Virus record (IMG/VR): IMGVR_UViG_2778261667_000017
Origin: a virus
Taxonomy: Duplodnaviria > Heunggongvirae > Uroviricota > Caudoviricetes
Length of the DNA: 64,000 nucleotides
Direction: 5' to 3' (one strand)
Shown in pieces: positions 51,559 through 62,653 of the stretch. How positions within the stretch are numbered: the first letter of the stretch is position 1; the number at the start of each line of letters is the position of its first letter. The notes under the pieces are model-generated. The model worked only from the letters and a program-made list of their open reading frames with translations. It was not told where the DNA came from and did not search any database. The translations under genes were made by a program, and so were the position numbers.

Positions 51559-52870
51559 TCTCCCGCATATTGCCAGCATGGCCTTTAATGAGCCGCTGAT
51601 GCTTGAACCCGCCTATGCGCGGGTTTTCTTTTGTGCGCTTGCAGGCCAGCTTGGGATCAGCCGCCTGACGGATGCGGTGTCCGGCGACAGCCTGACTGCC
51701 CAGGAGGCACTCGCGACGCTGGCATTATCCGGTGATGATGACGGACCACGACAGGCCCGCAGTTATCAGGTCATGAACGGCATCGCCGTGCTGCCGGTGT
51801 CCGGCACGCTGGTCAGCCGGACGCGGGCGCTGCAGCCGTACTCGGGGATGACCGGTTACAACGGCATTATCGCCCGTCTGCAACAGGCTGCCAGCGACCC
51901 GATGGTGGACGGCATTCTGCTCGATATGGACACGCCAGGCGGAATGGTGGCGGGGGCATTTGACTGCGCTGACATCATCGCCCGTGTGCGTGACATAAAA
52001 CCGGTATGGGCGCTGGCCAACGACATGAACTGTAGTGCAGGTCAGCTGCTTGCCAGTGCCGCCTCCCGGCGTCTGGTCACGCAGACCGCCCGGACAGGCT
52101 CCATCGGCGTCATGATGGCTCACAGTAATTACGGTGCTGCCCTGGAGAAACAGGGTGTGGAAATCACGCTGATTTACAGCGGCAGCCATAAGGTGGATGG
52201 CAATCCCTACAGCCATCTTCCGGATGACGTCCGGGAGACACTGCAGTCCCGGATGGACGCAACCCGCCAGATGTTTGCGCAGAAGGTGTCGGCATATACC
52301 GGCCTGTCTGTGCAGGCTGTGCTGGATACCGAGGCTGCAGTGTACAGCGGTCAGGAGGCCATTGATGCCGGACTGGCTGATGAACTTGTTAACAGCACCG
52401 ATGCGATCACCGTCATGCGTGATGCACTGGATGCGCGTAAATCCCGTCTCTCAGGAGGGCGAATGACCAAAGAGACTCAATCAACAACTGTTTCAGCCAC
52501 TGCTTCGCAGGCTGACGTTACTGACGTGGTGCCAGCGACGGAGGGCGAAAACGCCAGCGCGGCGCAGCCGGACGTGAACGCGCAGATCACCGCAGCGGTT
52601 GCGGCAGAAAACAGCCGCATTATGGGGATCCTCAACTGTGAGGAGGCTCACGGACGCGAAGAACAGGCGCGCGTTCTGGCAGAAACCCCCGGAATGACCG
52701 TGGAAACGGCCCGCCGCATTCTGGCTGCAGCACCACAGAGTGCACAGGCGCGCAGTGACACTGCGCTGGATCGTCTGATGCAGGGTGCACCGGCACCGCT
52801 GGCTGCAGGTAACCTGGCATCTGATACCAATAAAGAATTACTTAATACACCTGAAGCTTTACCGGTATAA
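51539..52870 (+). CDS. C: capsid assembly protease C (with in-frame internal scaffold Nu3)
   Basis: GTG start VTAELRNLPHIASMAFNEPLM overlapping the B 3' end; the longer ORF-track start at 51392 is rejected. Confidence 0.8.
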
Positions 52871-52879
52871 GAGGCAGTT

Positions 52880-53212
52880 ATGGCGACAAAAGAAGAGTTT
52901 AACCATTACCAGCCGCTGGGTAACAGTGATCCGGCTCATACAGCAATTGCGCCTGGCGGATTGAGTGCGAAAACGCCTGCAATGACCCCGCTGATGCTGG
53001 ATGGCACTACCCGTAAGCTGGTTGTGTGGGATGGCACCACCGACGGTGCAGCCGTTGGCATTCTGGCGGTTGCTGCTGACCAGACCAGCACCACACTGAC
53101 GTTCTACAAGTCCGGCTCGTTCCGTTATGAGGATGTGCTCTGGCCGGAGGCTGCCAGCGACGAGACGAAAAAACGGACCGCGTTTGCCGGAACGGCAATC
53201 AGCATCGTTTAA
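52880..53212 (+). CDS. D: head decoration protein D
   Basis: 110 aa. Confidence 0.9.
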   Translation: MATKEEFNHYQPLGNSDPAHTAIAPGGLSAKTPAMTPLMLDGTTRKLVVWDGTTDGAAVGILAVAADQTSTTLTFYKSGSFRYEDVLWPEAASDETKKRTAFAGTAISIV

Positions 53213-53267
53213 TCTTCCCCTTCATCAACAAAGGCCGCCTGTGCGGCTTTTTTTATGGAAATAATTT

Positions 53268-54293
53268 ATGTCTGTATATACAACTGCAGAATTACTGGCA
53301 TCGACCCAGCATCACTTTAAGTTCGATCCGCTGTTTCTGCGCCTGTTTTTCCGTGAAACCTATCCTTTCACCACGGAAAAAGTCTATCTCTCACAAATTC
53401 CGGGACTGGTAAACATGGCGCTGTACGTTTCGCCGATTGTTTCCGGTGAGGTTATCCGATCCCGTGGCGGCTCCACCTCTGAATTTACGCCGGGTTATGT
53501 CAAACCCAAGCATGAGGTGAATCCGCAGATGACCCTGCGTCGCCTGCCGGATGAAGATCCGCAGAACCTGGCTGACCCGGCTTACCGTCGTCGCCGTATT
53601 ATTCGGCAGAATATGCTGGATGAAAATCTGGCGATTGCCCAGGTCGAAGAGATGCAGGCAGTTTCTGCCGTGCTTAAGGGCAAATACACCATGACCGGTG
53701 AAGCCTTCGATCCGGTTGAGGTGGATATGGGCCGCAGTGCGGCGAATAACATCACGCAGTCCGGCGGCACGGAGTGGAGCAAGCGTGACAAGTCCACGTA
53801 TGACCCGACCGACGATATCGAAGCCTACGCGCTGAACGCCAGCGGTGTGGTGAATATCATCGTGTTTGATCCGAAAGGCTGGGCGCTGTTCCGTTCCTTC
53901 AAGGCCGTCAGGGAGAAGCTGGATACCCGTCGCGGCTCTCATTCCGAGCTGGAGACAGCGGTAAAAGACCTGGGCAAAGCGGTGTCTTATAAGGGAATGT
54001 ATGGCGATGTGGCCATCGTCGTGTATTCCGGACAGTACGTGGAAAACGGCGTCAAAAAGAACTTCCTGCCGGACAACACGATGGTGCTGGGGAACACTCA
54101 GGCACGCGGTCTGCGCACCTATGGTTGCATTCAGGATGCGGACGCACAGCGCGAAGGCATTAACGCCTCTGCCCGTTACCCGAAAAACTGGGTGACCACC
54201 GGCGACCCGGCGCGTGAGTTCACCATGATTCAGTCAGCACCGCTGATGCTGCTGGCTGACCCTGATGAGTTCGTGTCTGTACAACTGGCGTAA
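53268..54293 (+). CDS. E: major capsid protein E
   Basis: 341 aa. Confidence 0.95.
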   Translation: MSVYTTAELLASTQHHFKFDPLFLRLFFRETYPFTTEKVYLSQIPGLVNMALYVSPIVSGEVIRSRGGSTSEFTPGYVKPKHEVNPQMTLRRLPDEDPQNLADPAYRRRRIIRQNMLDENLAIAQVEEMQAVSAVLKGKYTMTGEAFDPVEVDMGRSAANNITQSGGTEWSKRDKSTYDPTDDIEAYALNASGVVNIIVFDPKGWALFRSFKAVREKLDTRRGSHSELETAVKDLGKAVSYKGMYGDVAIVVYSGQYVENGVKKNFLPDNTMVLGNTQARGLRTYGCIQDADAQREGINASARYPKNWVTTGDPAREFTMIQSAPLMLLADPDEFVSVQLA

Positions 54294-54331
54294 TCATGGC
54301 CCTTCGGGGCCATTGTTTCTCTGTGGAGGAG

Positions 54332-54730
54332 TCCATGACGAAAGATGAACTGATTGCCCGTCTCCGCTCGCTGGGTGAACAACTGAACCGTGATATCAGC
54401 CTGACGGGGACGAAAGAAGAACTGGCGCTCCGTGTGGCAGAGCTGGAAGAAGAGCTTGATGACACGGGCGACACTGCCGGTCAGGATACCCCTCTCAGCC
54501 CGGAAAATGTGCTGACCGGACATGAAAATGAGGTTGTATCAGCGCAGCCGGATACCGTGACTGATACGGCTGATCTGGTCACGGTTGTGGCACTGGTGAC
54601 GCTGCATACTGATGCACTTCACGCCACGCGGGATGAGGCTGTGGCATTTGTGCTGCCGGGAACGGCGTTCCGTGTCTCTGCCGGTGTGGCAGCTGAAATG
54701 ACAGAGCGCGGCCTGGCCAGAATGCAATAA
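54332..54730 (+). CDS. FI: DNA packaging protein FI
   Basis: MTKDELIARLRSLGEQLNRD; start at the internal Met. Confidence 0.8.
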   Translation, partial: SMTKDELIARLRSLGEQLNRDISLTGTKEELALRVAELEEELDDTGDTAGQDTPLSPENVLTGHENEVVSAQPDTVTDTADLVTVVALVTLHTDALHATRDEAVAFVLPGTAFRVSAGVAAEMTERGLARMQ

Positions 54731-54741
54731 CGGGAGGCGCT

Positions 54742-55095
54742 GTGGCTGATTTCGATAACCTGTTCGATGCTGCCATTGCCTGCGCCGATGAAACGATACG
54801 CGGGTACATGGGAACGTCAGCCACCATGACATCCGGTGAGCAGTCCGGTGCTGTGATACGTGGTGTTTTTGATGACCCTGAAAATATCAGCTATGCCGGA
54901 CAGGGCGTGCGCGTTGAAGGCTCCAGCCCGTCCCTGTTTGTCCGGACTGATGAGGTGCGGCAGCTGCGGCGCGGCGACACGCTGACCATCGGTGAGGAAA
55001 ACTTCTGGATAGACCGGATTTCGCCGGATGATGGCGGAAGCTGTCATCTCTGGCTTGGGCGGGGCGTACCGCCTGCCGTTAACCGTCGCCGCTGA
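54742..55095 (+). CDS. FII: head-tail joining protein FII
   Basis: 117 aa. Confidence 0.9.
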   Translation: MADFDNLFDAAIACADETIRGYMGTSATMTSGEQSGAVIRGVFDDPENISYAGQGVRVEGSSPSLFVRTDEVRQLRRGDTLTIGEENFWIDRISPDDGGSCHLWLGRGVPPAVNRRR

Positions 55096-55106
55096 AAGGG
55101 GGATGT

Positions 55107-55685
55107 ATGGCCATAAAAGGTCTTGAGCAGGCCGTTGAAAACCTAAGCCGTATCAGCAGAACGGCGGTGCCCGGTGCCGCCGCAATGGCCATTAACCGCG
55201 TTGCTTCATCCGCGATATCGCAGTCGGTGGCACAGGTTGCCCGTGAGACAAAGGTACGCCGGAAACTGGTAAAGGAAAGGGCCAGGCTGAAAAGGGCCAC
55301 GGTCAAAAATCCGCAGGCCAGAATCAGGGTTAACCGGGGGGATTTGCCCGTAATCAAGCTGGGTAACGCGCGGGTTGTCCTTTCCCGCCGCAGACGTCGT
55401 AAAAAGGGGCAGCGTTCATCCCTGAAAGGTGGCGGCAGCGTGCTTGTGGTGGGAAACCGTCGTATTCCCGGCGCGTTTATTCAGCAACTGAAAAATGGCC
55501 GGTGGCATGTCATGCAGCGTGTGGCCGGGAAAAACCGTTACCCCATTGATGTGGTGAAAATCCCGATGGCGGTGCCGCTGACAACGGCGTTTAAACAGAA
55601 TATTGAACGGATACGGCGTGAACGTCTTCCGAAAGAGCTGGGCTATGCGCTGCAGCATCAACTGAGAATGGTAATAAAGCGATGA
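55107..55685 (+). CDS. Z: minor tail protein Z
   Basis: 192 aa. Confidence 0.85.
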   Translation: MAIKGLEQAVENLSRISRTAVPGAAAMAINRVASSAISQSVAQVARETKVRRKLVKERARLKRATVKNPQARIRVNRGDLPVIKLGNARVVLSRRRRRKKGQRSSLKGGGSVLVVGNRRIPGAFIQQLKNGRWHVMQRVAGKNRYPIDVVKIPMAVPLTTAFKQNIERIRRERLPKELGYALQHQLRMVIKR

Positions 55686-56077
55686 AACATACTGAACTCC
55701 GTGCAGCCGTACTGGATGCACTGGAGAAGCATGACACCGGGGCGACGCTTTTTGATGGTCGCCCCGCTGTTTTTGATGAGGCGGATTTTCCGGCAATTGC
55801 CGTTTATCTCACCGGCGCTGAATACACGGGCGAAGAGCTGGACAGTGATACCTGGCAGGCGGAGCTGCATATTGAAGTTTTCCTGCCTGCTCAGGTGCCG
55901 GATTCAGAGCTGGATTCGTGGATGGAGTCCCGGATTTATCCGGTGATGAGCGATGTCCCGGCACTGTCAGATTTGATCACCAGTATGGTGGCCAGTGGCT
56001 ATGACTACCGGCGCGACGATGATGCGGGCCTGTGGAGTTCAGCCGATCTGACTTATGTCATTACCTATGAAATGTGA
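55682..56077 (+). CDS. U: tail terminator U
   Basis: 131 aa. Confidence 0.85.
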   Translation: MKHTELRAAVLDALEKHDTGATLFDGRPAVFDEADFPAIAVYLTGAEYTGEELDSDTWQAELHIEVFLPAQVPDSELDSWMESRIYPVMSDVPALSDLITSMVASGYDYRRDDDAGLWSSADLTYVITYEM

Positions 56078-56084
56078 GGACGCT

Positions 56085-56825
56085 ATGCCTGTACCAAATC
56101 CAACAATGCCGGTGAAAGGTGCCGGGACCACACTGTGGGTTTATAAGGGGAACGGTGACCCTTATGCGAACCCGCTTTCAGACGTTGACTGGTCGCGTCT
56201 GGCAAAAGTTAAAGACCTGACGCCCGGCGAACTGACCGCTGAGTCCTATGACGACAGCTATCTCGATGATGAGGATGCGGACTGGACTGCGACCGGGCAG
56301 GGGCAGAAATCTGCCGGAGATACCAGCTTCACGCTGGCGTGGATGCCCGGAGAGCAGGGGCAGCAGGCGCTGCTGGCGTGGTTTAATGAAGGTGATACCC
56401 GTGCCTATAAAATCCGCTTTCCGAACGGCACGGTCGATGTGTTCCGTGGCTGGGTCAGCAGTATCGGTAAGGCGGTGACGGCGAAGGAAGTGATCACCCG
56501 CACGGTGAAGGTCACCAATGTGGGACGCCCGTCGATGGCTGAAGATCGCAGTACGGTGACGGCGGCAACCGGCATGACGGTAACGCCAGCCAGTGCGTCC
56601 GTAGTGAAAGGGCAGAGCACCACGCTGACCGTGGCATTCCAGCCGGAAGGCGTAACCGACAAGAGCTTCCGTGCGGTGTCTTCGGATAAAACAAAAGCCA
56701 CCGTGTCGGTCAGTGGTATGACCATCACCGTGAACGGCGTTGCCGCAGGCAAGGTCAACATTCCGGTTGTATCCGGTAATGGTGAGTTTGCTGCGGTTGC
56801 AGAAATCACCGTCACCGCCAGCTAA
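56085..56825 (+). CDS. V: major tail protein V
   Basis: [22 protein letters not shown], 246 aa from the internal Met. Confidence 0.9.
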   Translation: MPVPNPTMPVKGAGTTLWVYKGNGDPYANPLSDVDWSRLAKVKDLTPGELTAESYDDSYLDDEDADWTATGQGQKSAGDTSFTLAWMPGEQGQQALLAWFNEGDTRAYKIRFPNGTVDVFRGWVSSIGKAVTAKEVITRTVKVTNVGRPSMAEDRSTVTAATGMTVTPASASVVKGQSTTLTVAFQPEGVTDKSFRAVSSDKTKATVSVSGMTITVNGVAAGKVNIPVVSGNGEFAAVAEITVTAS

Positions 56826-56840
56826 TCCGGAGAGTCAGCG

Positions 56841-57263
56841 ATGTTCCTGAAAACCGAATCATTTGAATATAACGGCGTGACCGTCACGCTTTCTGAACTG
56901 TCAGCCCTGCAGCGTATTGAGCATCTTGCCTGGTTGAAAGAGCAGGAAAAAAAGGCTGAATCCAGCGGCAACCTGCAGGTGTCTGTAGAGGATCTTATCA
57001 GAGGCGGGGCGTTTCTGGTGGCGATGTCTCTGTGGCATAACCATCCGCAGAAGACAAAGCTGCCGTCCATGAATGAAGCCATTACGCAGATTGAGCAGGA
57101 AGTGCTTACCACCTGGCCCACGGAGGCAATTGCTCAGGCTGAAAACGTGGTGTTACGTCTGTCCGGAATGTCTGAGTTTGTGGTGAATAATTCCCCTGAA
57201 CAGGCAGATGACGCCGGGCCTGCAGAGCCTGTTTCTGCGGGAAAGTGTTCGACGGTGAGCTGA
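56841..57263 (+). CDS. G: tail assembly chaperone G
   Basis: 140 aa; slippery GGGAAAG at 57239..57245 near the 3' end. Confidence 0.9.
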   Translation: MFLKTESFEYNGVTVTLSELSALQRIEHLAWLKEQEKKAESSGNLQVSVEDLIRGGAFLVAMSLWHNHPQKTKLPSMNEAITQIEQEVLTTWPTEAIAQAENVVLRLSGMSEFVVNNSPEQADDAGPAEPVSAGKCSTVS

Positions 57264-57679
57264 GTTTTGCCCTGAAACTGGCGCGTGAGATGGGGCGACC
57301 CGACTGGCGCGCCATGCTTGCCGGGATGTCATCCACGGAGTATGCCGACTGGCACCGTTTTTACAGTACCCATTATTTTCATGATGTTCTGCTGGATATG
57401 CACTTTTCCGGGCTGACGTACACCGTGCTCAGCCTGTTTTTCAGCGATCCGGAGATGCATCCGCTGGATTTCAGTCTGCTGAATCGGCGCGAGGCTGACG
57501 AAGAGCCTGAAGATGATGTGCTGATGCAGAAAGCGGCAGGGCTTGCCGGAGGCGTTCGTTTTGGCCCGGACGGGAATGAAGTTATCCCCGCTTCCCCGTA
57601 TGTGGCGGACATGACGGAGGATGACGTAATGCTGATGACAGTATCAGAAGGGATCGCAGGAGGAGTCCGGTATGGCTGA
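57245..57679 (+). CDS. T: tail assembly protein T (expressed as G-T fusion by -1 frameshift)
   Basis: -1 frame ORF overlapping the G 3' end. Confidence 0.8.
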   Translation: MFDGELSFALKLAREMGRPDWRAMLAGMSSTEYADWHRFYSTHYFHDVLLDMHFSGLTYTVLSLFFSDPEMHPLDFSLLNRREADEEPEDDVLMQKAAGLAGGVRFGPDGNEVIPASPYVADMTEDDVMLMTVSEGIAGGVRYG

Positions 57680-60251
57680 ACCGGTAGGCGATCTGGTCGT
57701 TGATTTAAGTCTGGATGCGGCCAGATTTGACGAGCAGATGGCCAGAGTCAGGCGTCATTTTTCCGGTACGGAAAGTGATGCGAAAAAAACAGCGGCAGTC
57801 GTTGAACAGTCAATGAACCGGCAGGCGCTGGCTGCACAGAAAGCGGGGATTTCCGTCGGGCAGTATAAAGCTGCCATGCGTATGCTGCCTGCGCAGTTCA
57901 CCGACGTGGCCACGCAGCTTGCAGGGGGGCAGAATCCGTGGCTCATCCTGCTGCAACAGGGTGGTCAGGTGAAGGACTCCTTCGGCGGGATGATCCCCAT
58001 GTTCAGGGGGCTTGCCGGTGCGATCACCCTGCCGATGGTTGGTATCACTTCGCTGGCGGTGGCGACCGGTGCGCTGGCGTATGCCTGGTATCAGGGTGAC
58101 TCAACCCTGTCCAATTTCAATAAAACGCTGGTCCTTTCCGGTAATCAGGCGGGACTGACGGCAGATCGTATGCTGGCCCTGTCCAGAGCCGGGCAGGCGG
58201 CAGGGCTGACGTTTAACCAGACCAGCGAGTCACTGACGGCGCTGGTGAATGCCGGTGTGCGTGGTGGTGAGCAGTTTGAGGCAATCAGCCAGAGTGTGGC
58301 GCGTTTCTCCTCTGCATCCGGCGTGGAGGTGGACAAGGTCGCTGAAGCCTTCGGGAAGCTGACCACTGACCCGACGTCTGGGTTGACGGCGATGGCGCGC
58401 CAGTTCCATAACGTGACGGCGGAACAGATTGCGTATGTTGCTCAGTTGCAGCGTTCCGGCGATGGGGCCGGGGCATTGCAGGCGGCGAACGAGGCCGCAA
58501 CGAAAGGGTTTGATGACCAGACCCGTAAACTGAAAGATAACATGGGTACGCTGGAGACCTGGGCAGACAAGACTGCACAGGCATTCAAATCCATGTGGGA
58601 TGCGGTGCTGGATATTGGTCGCCCGGACTCCTCTGCAGATATGCTCGCCAAAGCTGAAAAGGCTTTTGATGAAGCGGATAAAAAATGGCAGTGGTATCAG
58701 AGCCGAAGCCACCGGCGCGGTAAAACGTCAGCATTTCTTGCCAATCTCCGGGGGGCATGGGAGAAGAGAGAGAATGCGCGACTTGGGCTTTCAGCCGCCA
58801 CGTTGCAGGCCGATCTTGAAAAGGCCAGTGAGATGGCAGCAAAAGATCGGGCCGAGTCTGAGGCATCACGGCTGAAATATACCGAAGAGGCGCAGAAGGC
58901 TTACGAACGCCTGCAGACACCGCTGGAGAAATATACCGCCCGCCAGGAGGAACTGAATAAGGCACTGAAAGACGGAAAAATCCTGCAGGCAGATTACAAC
59001 ACGCTGATGGCGGCGGCGAAAAAGGACTATGAAGCGACGCTGAAAAAGCCGAAGCAGTCCGGCGTGAAAGTGTCTGCGGGCGATCGTCAGGAAGACAGTG
59101 CTCATGCTGCCCTGCTGACGCTTCAGGCAGAACTCCGGACACTGGAGAAGCATGCCGGAGCGAATGAGAAAATCAGCCAGCAGCGCCGGGATTTGTGGAA
59201 GGCGGAAAGTCAGTTCGCGGTACTGGAGGAGGCGGCGCAACGTCGCCAGCTGTCCGCACAGGAGAAATCCCTGCTGGCGCATAAAGATGAGACGCTGGAG
59301 TACAAACGCCAGCTGGCTGCACTTGGCGATAAGGTCACGTATCAGGAGCACCTGAACGCGCTGGCGCAGCAGGCGGATAAATTCGCACAGCAGCAACGGG
59401 CAAAACGGGCAGCCATTGAGGCGAAAAACCGGGGGCTGACTGACCGGCAGGCAGCGCGGGACGCCACGGAACAGCGCCTGAAGGAACAGTATGGCGATAA
59501 TCCGCTGGCGCTGAATAGCGTCATGTCAGAGCAGAAAAAGACCTGGGCGGCTGAAGACCAGCTTCGCGGGAGCTGGATGGCAGGCCTCAGGTCAGGCTGG
59601 AGTGAGTGGGAAGAGAGCGCCACGGACAGTATGTCGCAGGTTAAAAGTGCAGCCACGCAGACCTTTGATGGTATTGCACAGAATATGGCGGCGATGCTGA
59701 CCGGCAGTGAACAGAACTGGCGCAGCTTCACCCGTTCCGTGCTGTCCATGATGACAGAAATTCTGCTTAAGCAGGCAATGGTGGGGATTGTCGGGAGTAT
59801 CGGCAGCGCCATTGGCGGGGCTGTTGGTGGCGGCGCATCCGCGTCAGGCGGTACAGCCATTCAGGCCGCTGCGGCGAAATTCCATTTTGCAACCGGAGGA
59901 TTTACGGGAACCGGCGGCAAATATGAGCCAGCGGGGATTGTTCACCGTGGTGAGTTTGTCTTCACGAAGGAGGCAACCAGCCGGATTGGCGTGGGGAATC
60001 TTTACCGGCTGATGCGCGGCTATGCCACCGGCGGTTATGTCGGTACACCGGGCAGCATGGCAGACAGCCGGTCGCAGGCGTCCGGGACGTTTGAGCAGAA
60101 TAACCATGTGGTGATTAACAACGACGGCACGAACGGGCAGATAGGTCCGGCTGCTCTGAAGGCGGTGTATGACATGGCCCGCAAGGGTGCCCGTGATGAA
60201 ATTCAGACACAGATGCGTGATGGTGGCCTGTTCTCCGGAGGTGGACGATGA
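57672..60251 (+). CDS. H: tail tape measure protein H
   Basis: 859 aa. Confidence 0.9.
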   Translation: MAEPVGDLVVDLSLDAARFDEQMARVRRHFSGTESDAKKTAAVVEQSMNRQALAAQKAGISVGQYKAAMRMLPAQFTDVATQLAGGQNPWLILLQQGGQVKDSFGGMIPMFRGLAGAITLPMVGITSLAVATGALAYAWYQGDSTLSNFNKTLVLSGNQAGLTADRMLALSRAGQAAGLTFNQTSESLTALVNAGVRGGEQFEAISQSVARFSSASGVEVDKVAEAFGKLTTDPTSGLTAMARQFHNVTAEQIAYVAQLQRSGDGAGALQAANEAATKGFDDQTRKLKDNMGTLETWADKTAQAFKSMWDAVLDIGRPDSSADMLAKAEKAFDEADKKWQWYQSRSHRRGKTSAFLANLRGAWEKRENARLGLSAATLQADLEKASEMAAKDRAESEASRLKYTEEAQKAYERLQTPLEKYTARQEELNKALKDGKILQADYNTLMAAAKKDYEATLKKPKQSGVKVSAGDRQEDSAHAALLTLQAELRTLEKHAGANEKISQQRRDLWKAESQFAVLEEAAQRRQLSAQEKSLLAHKDETLEYKRQLAALGDKVTYQEHLNALAQQADKFAQQQRAKRAAIEAKNRGLTDRQAARDATEQRLKEQYGDNPLALNSVMSEQKKTWAAEDQLRGSWMAGLRSGWSEWEESATDSMSQVKSAATQTFDGIAQNMAAMLTGSEQNWRSFTRSVLSMMTEILLKQAMVGIVGSIGSAIGGAVGGGASASGGTAIQAAAAKFHFATGGFTGTGGKYEPAGIVHRGEFVFTKEATSRIGVGNLYRLMRGYATGGYVGTPGSMADSRSQASGTFEQNNHVVINNDGTNGQIGPAALKAVYDMARKGARDEIQTQMRDGGLFSGGGR

Positions 60252-60577
60252 AGACCTTCCGCTGGAAAGTGAAACCCGGTATGGATGTGGCTTCGGTCCC
60301 TTCTGTAAGAAAGGTGCGCTTTGGTGATGGCTATTCCCAGCGAGCGCCTGCCGGGCTGAATGCCAACCTGAAAACGTACAGCGTGATGCTTTCTGTCCCC
60401 CGTGAGGAGGCCACGGTACTGGAGTCGTTTCTGGAAGAGCACGGGGGCTGGAAATCCTTTCTGTGGACGCCGCCTTATGAGTGGCGGCAGATAAAGGTGA
60501 CCTGCGCAAAATGGTCGTCGCGGGTCAGTATGCTGCGTGTTGAGTTCAGCGCAGAGTTTGAACAGGTGGTGAACTGA
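60248..60577 (+). CDS. M: tail tip protein M
   Basis: 109 aa. Confidence 0.9.
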   Translation: MKTFRWKVKPGMDVASVPSVRKVRFGDGYSQRAPAGLNANLKTYSVMLSVPREEATVLESFLEEHGGWKSFLWTPPYEWRQIKVTCAKWSSRVSMLRVEFSAEFEQVVN

Positions 60578-61275
60578 TGCAGGATATCCGACAGGAAACA
60601 CTGAATGAATGCACCCGTGCGGAGCAGTCTGCCTGCGTGGTGCTCTGGGAAATCGATCTGACAGAGGTCGGTGGAGAACGTTATTTTTTCTGTAATGAGC
60701 AGAACGAAAAAGGTGAGCCGGTCACCTGGCAGGGGCGACAGTATCAGCCGTATCCCATTCAGGGGAGCGGTTTTGAACTGAATGGCAAAGGCACCAGTAC
60801 GCGCCCCACGCTGACGGTTTCTAACCTGTACGGTATGGTCACCGGGATGGCGGAAGATATGCAGAGTCTGGTCGGCGGAACGGTGGTCCGGCGTAAGGTT
60901 TACGCCCGTTTTCTGGATGCGGTGAACTTCGTCAACGGAAACAGTTACGCCGATCCGGAGCAGGAGGTGATCAGCCGCTGGCGCATTGAGCAGTGCAGCG
61001 AACTGAGCGCGGTGAGTGCCTCTTTTGTACTGTCCACGCCGACGGAAACGGATGGCGCTGTTTTTCCGGGACGTATCATGCTGGCCAACACCTGCACCTG
61101 GACCTATCGCGGTGACGAGTGCGGTTATAGCGGTCCGGCTGTCGCGGATGAATATGACCAGCCAACGTCCGATATCACGAAGGATAAATGCAGCAAATGC
61201 CTGAGCGGTTGTAAGTTCCGCAATAACGTCGGCAACTTTGGCGGCTTCCTTTCCATTAACAAACTTTCGCAGTAA
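60577..61275 (+). CDS. L: tail tip protein L
   Basis: 232 aa. Confidence 0.9.
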   Translation: MQDIRQETLNECTRAEQSACVVLWEIDLTEVGGERYFFCNEQNEKGEPVTWQGRQYQPYPIQGSGFELNGKGTSTRPTLTVSNLYGMVTGMAEDMQSLVGGTVVRRKVYARFLDAVNFVNGNSYADPEQEVISRWRIEQCSELSAVSASFVLSTPTETDGAVFPGRIMLANTCTWTYRGDECGYSGPAVADEYDQPTSDITKDKCSKCLSGCKFRNNVGNFGGFLSINKLSQ

Positions 61276-61280
61276 ATCCC

Positions 61281-62024
61281 ATGACAGAGACAGAATCAGC
61301 GATTCTGGCGCACGCCCGGCGATGTGCGCCAGCGGAGTCGTGCGGCTTCGTGGTGAGAACGCCGGAGGGGGAAAGATATTTTCCCTGCGTGAATATTTCC
61401 GGTGAGCCGGAGGCGTATTTCCGTATGTCGCCGGAAGACTGGCTGCAGGCAGAAATGCAGGGTGAGATTGTGGCGCTGGTCCACAGCCACCCCGGTGGTC
61501 TGCCCTGGCTGAGTGAGGCCGACCGGCGGCTGCAGGTGCAGAGTGATTTGCCGTGGTGGCTGGTCTGCCGGGGGACGATTCATAAGTTCCGCTGTGTGCC
61601 GCATCTCACCGGGCGGCGCTTTGAGCACGGTGTGACGGACTGTTACACACTGTTCCGGGATGCTTATCATCTGGCGGGGATTGAGATGCCGGACTTTCAT
61701 CGTGAGGATGACTGGTGGCGTAACGGCCAGAATCTCTATCTGGATAATCTGGAGGCGACGGGGCTGTATCAGGTGCCGTTGTCAGCGGCACAGCCGGGCG
61801 ATGTGCTGCTGTGCTGTTTTGGTTCATCGGTGCCGAATCACGCCGCAATTTACTGCGGCGACGGCGAGCTGCTGCACCATATTCCTGAACAACTGAGCAA
61901 ACGAGAGAGGTACACCGACAAATGGCAGCGACGCACACACTCCCTCTGGCGTCACCGGGCATGGCGCGCATCTGCCTTTACGGGGATTTACAACGATTTG
62001 GTCGCCGCATCGACCTTCGTGTGA
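61281..62024 (+). CDS. K: tail tip assembly protein K (peptidase-like)
   Basis: Full ORF 247 aa; the commonly quoted 199 aa form would start at internal Met 49. Confidence 0.8.
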   Translation: MTETESAILAHARRCAPAESCGFVVRTPEGERYFPCVNISGEPEAYFRMSPEDWLQAEMQGEIVALVHSHPGGLPWLSEADRRLQVQSDLPWWLVCRGTIHKFRCVPHLTGRRFEHGVTDCYTLFRDAYHLAGIEMPDFHREDDWWRNGQNLYLDNLEATGLYQVPLSAAQPGDVLLCCFGSSVPNHAAIYCGDGELLHHIPEQLSKRERYTDKWQRRTHSLWRHRAWRASAFTGIYNDLVAASTFV

Positions 62025-62593
62025 AAACGGGGGCTGAAGCCATCCGGGCACTGGCCACACAGCTCCCGGCGTTTCGTCAGAAACTGAGCGACGGCTGGTA
62101 TCAGGTACGGATTGCCGGGCGGGACGTCAGCACGTCCGGGTTAACGGCGCAGTTACATGAGACTCTGCCTGATGGCGCTGTGATTCATATTGTTCCCAGA
62201 GTCGCCGGGGCCAAGTCAGGTGGCGTATTCCAGATTGTCCTGGGGGCTGCCGCCATTGCCGGATCATTCTTTACCGCCGGAGCCACCCTTGCAGCATGGG
62301 GGGCAGCCATTGGGGCCGGTGGTATGACCGGCATCCTGTTTTCTCTCGGTGCCAGTATGGTGCTCGGTGGTGTGGCGCAGATGCTGGCACCGAAAGCCAG
62401 AACTCCCCGTACACAGACAACGGATAACGGTAAGCAGAACACCTATTTCTCCTCACTGGATAACATGGTTGCCCAGGGCAATGTTCTGCCTGTTCTGTAC
62501 GGGGAAATGCGCGTGGGGTCACGCGTGGTTTCTCAGGAGATCAGCACGGCAGACGAAGGGGACGGTGGTCAGGTTGTGGTGATTGGTCGCTGA
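61922..62593 (+). CDS. I: tail tip assembly protein I
   Basis: 223 aa, overlaps the K 3' end. Confidence 0.8.
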   Translation: MAATHTLPLASPGMARICLYGDLQRFGRRIDLRVKTGAEAIRALATQLPAFRQKLSDGWYQVRIAGRDVSTSGLTAQLHETLPDGAVIHIVPRVAGAKSGGVFQIVLGAAAIAGSFFTAGATLAAWGAAIGAGGMTGILFSLGASMVLGGVAQMLAPKARTPRTQTTDNGKQNTYFSSLDNMVAQGNVLPVLYGEMRVGSRVVSQEISTADEGDGGQVVVIGR

Positions 62594-62653
62594 TGCAAAA
62601 TGTTTTATGTGAAACCGCCTGCGGGCGGTTTTGTCATTTATGGAGCGTGAGGA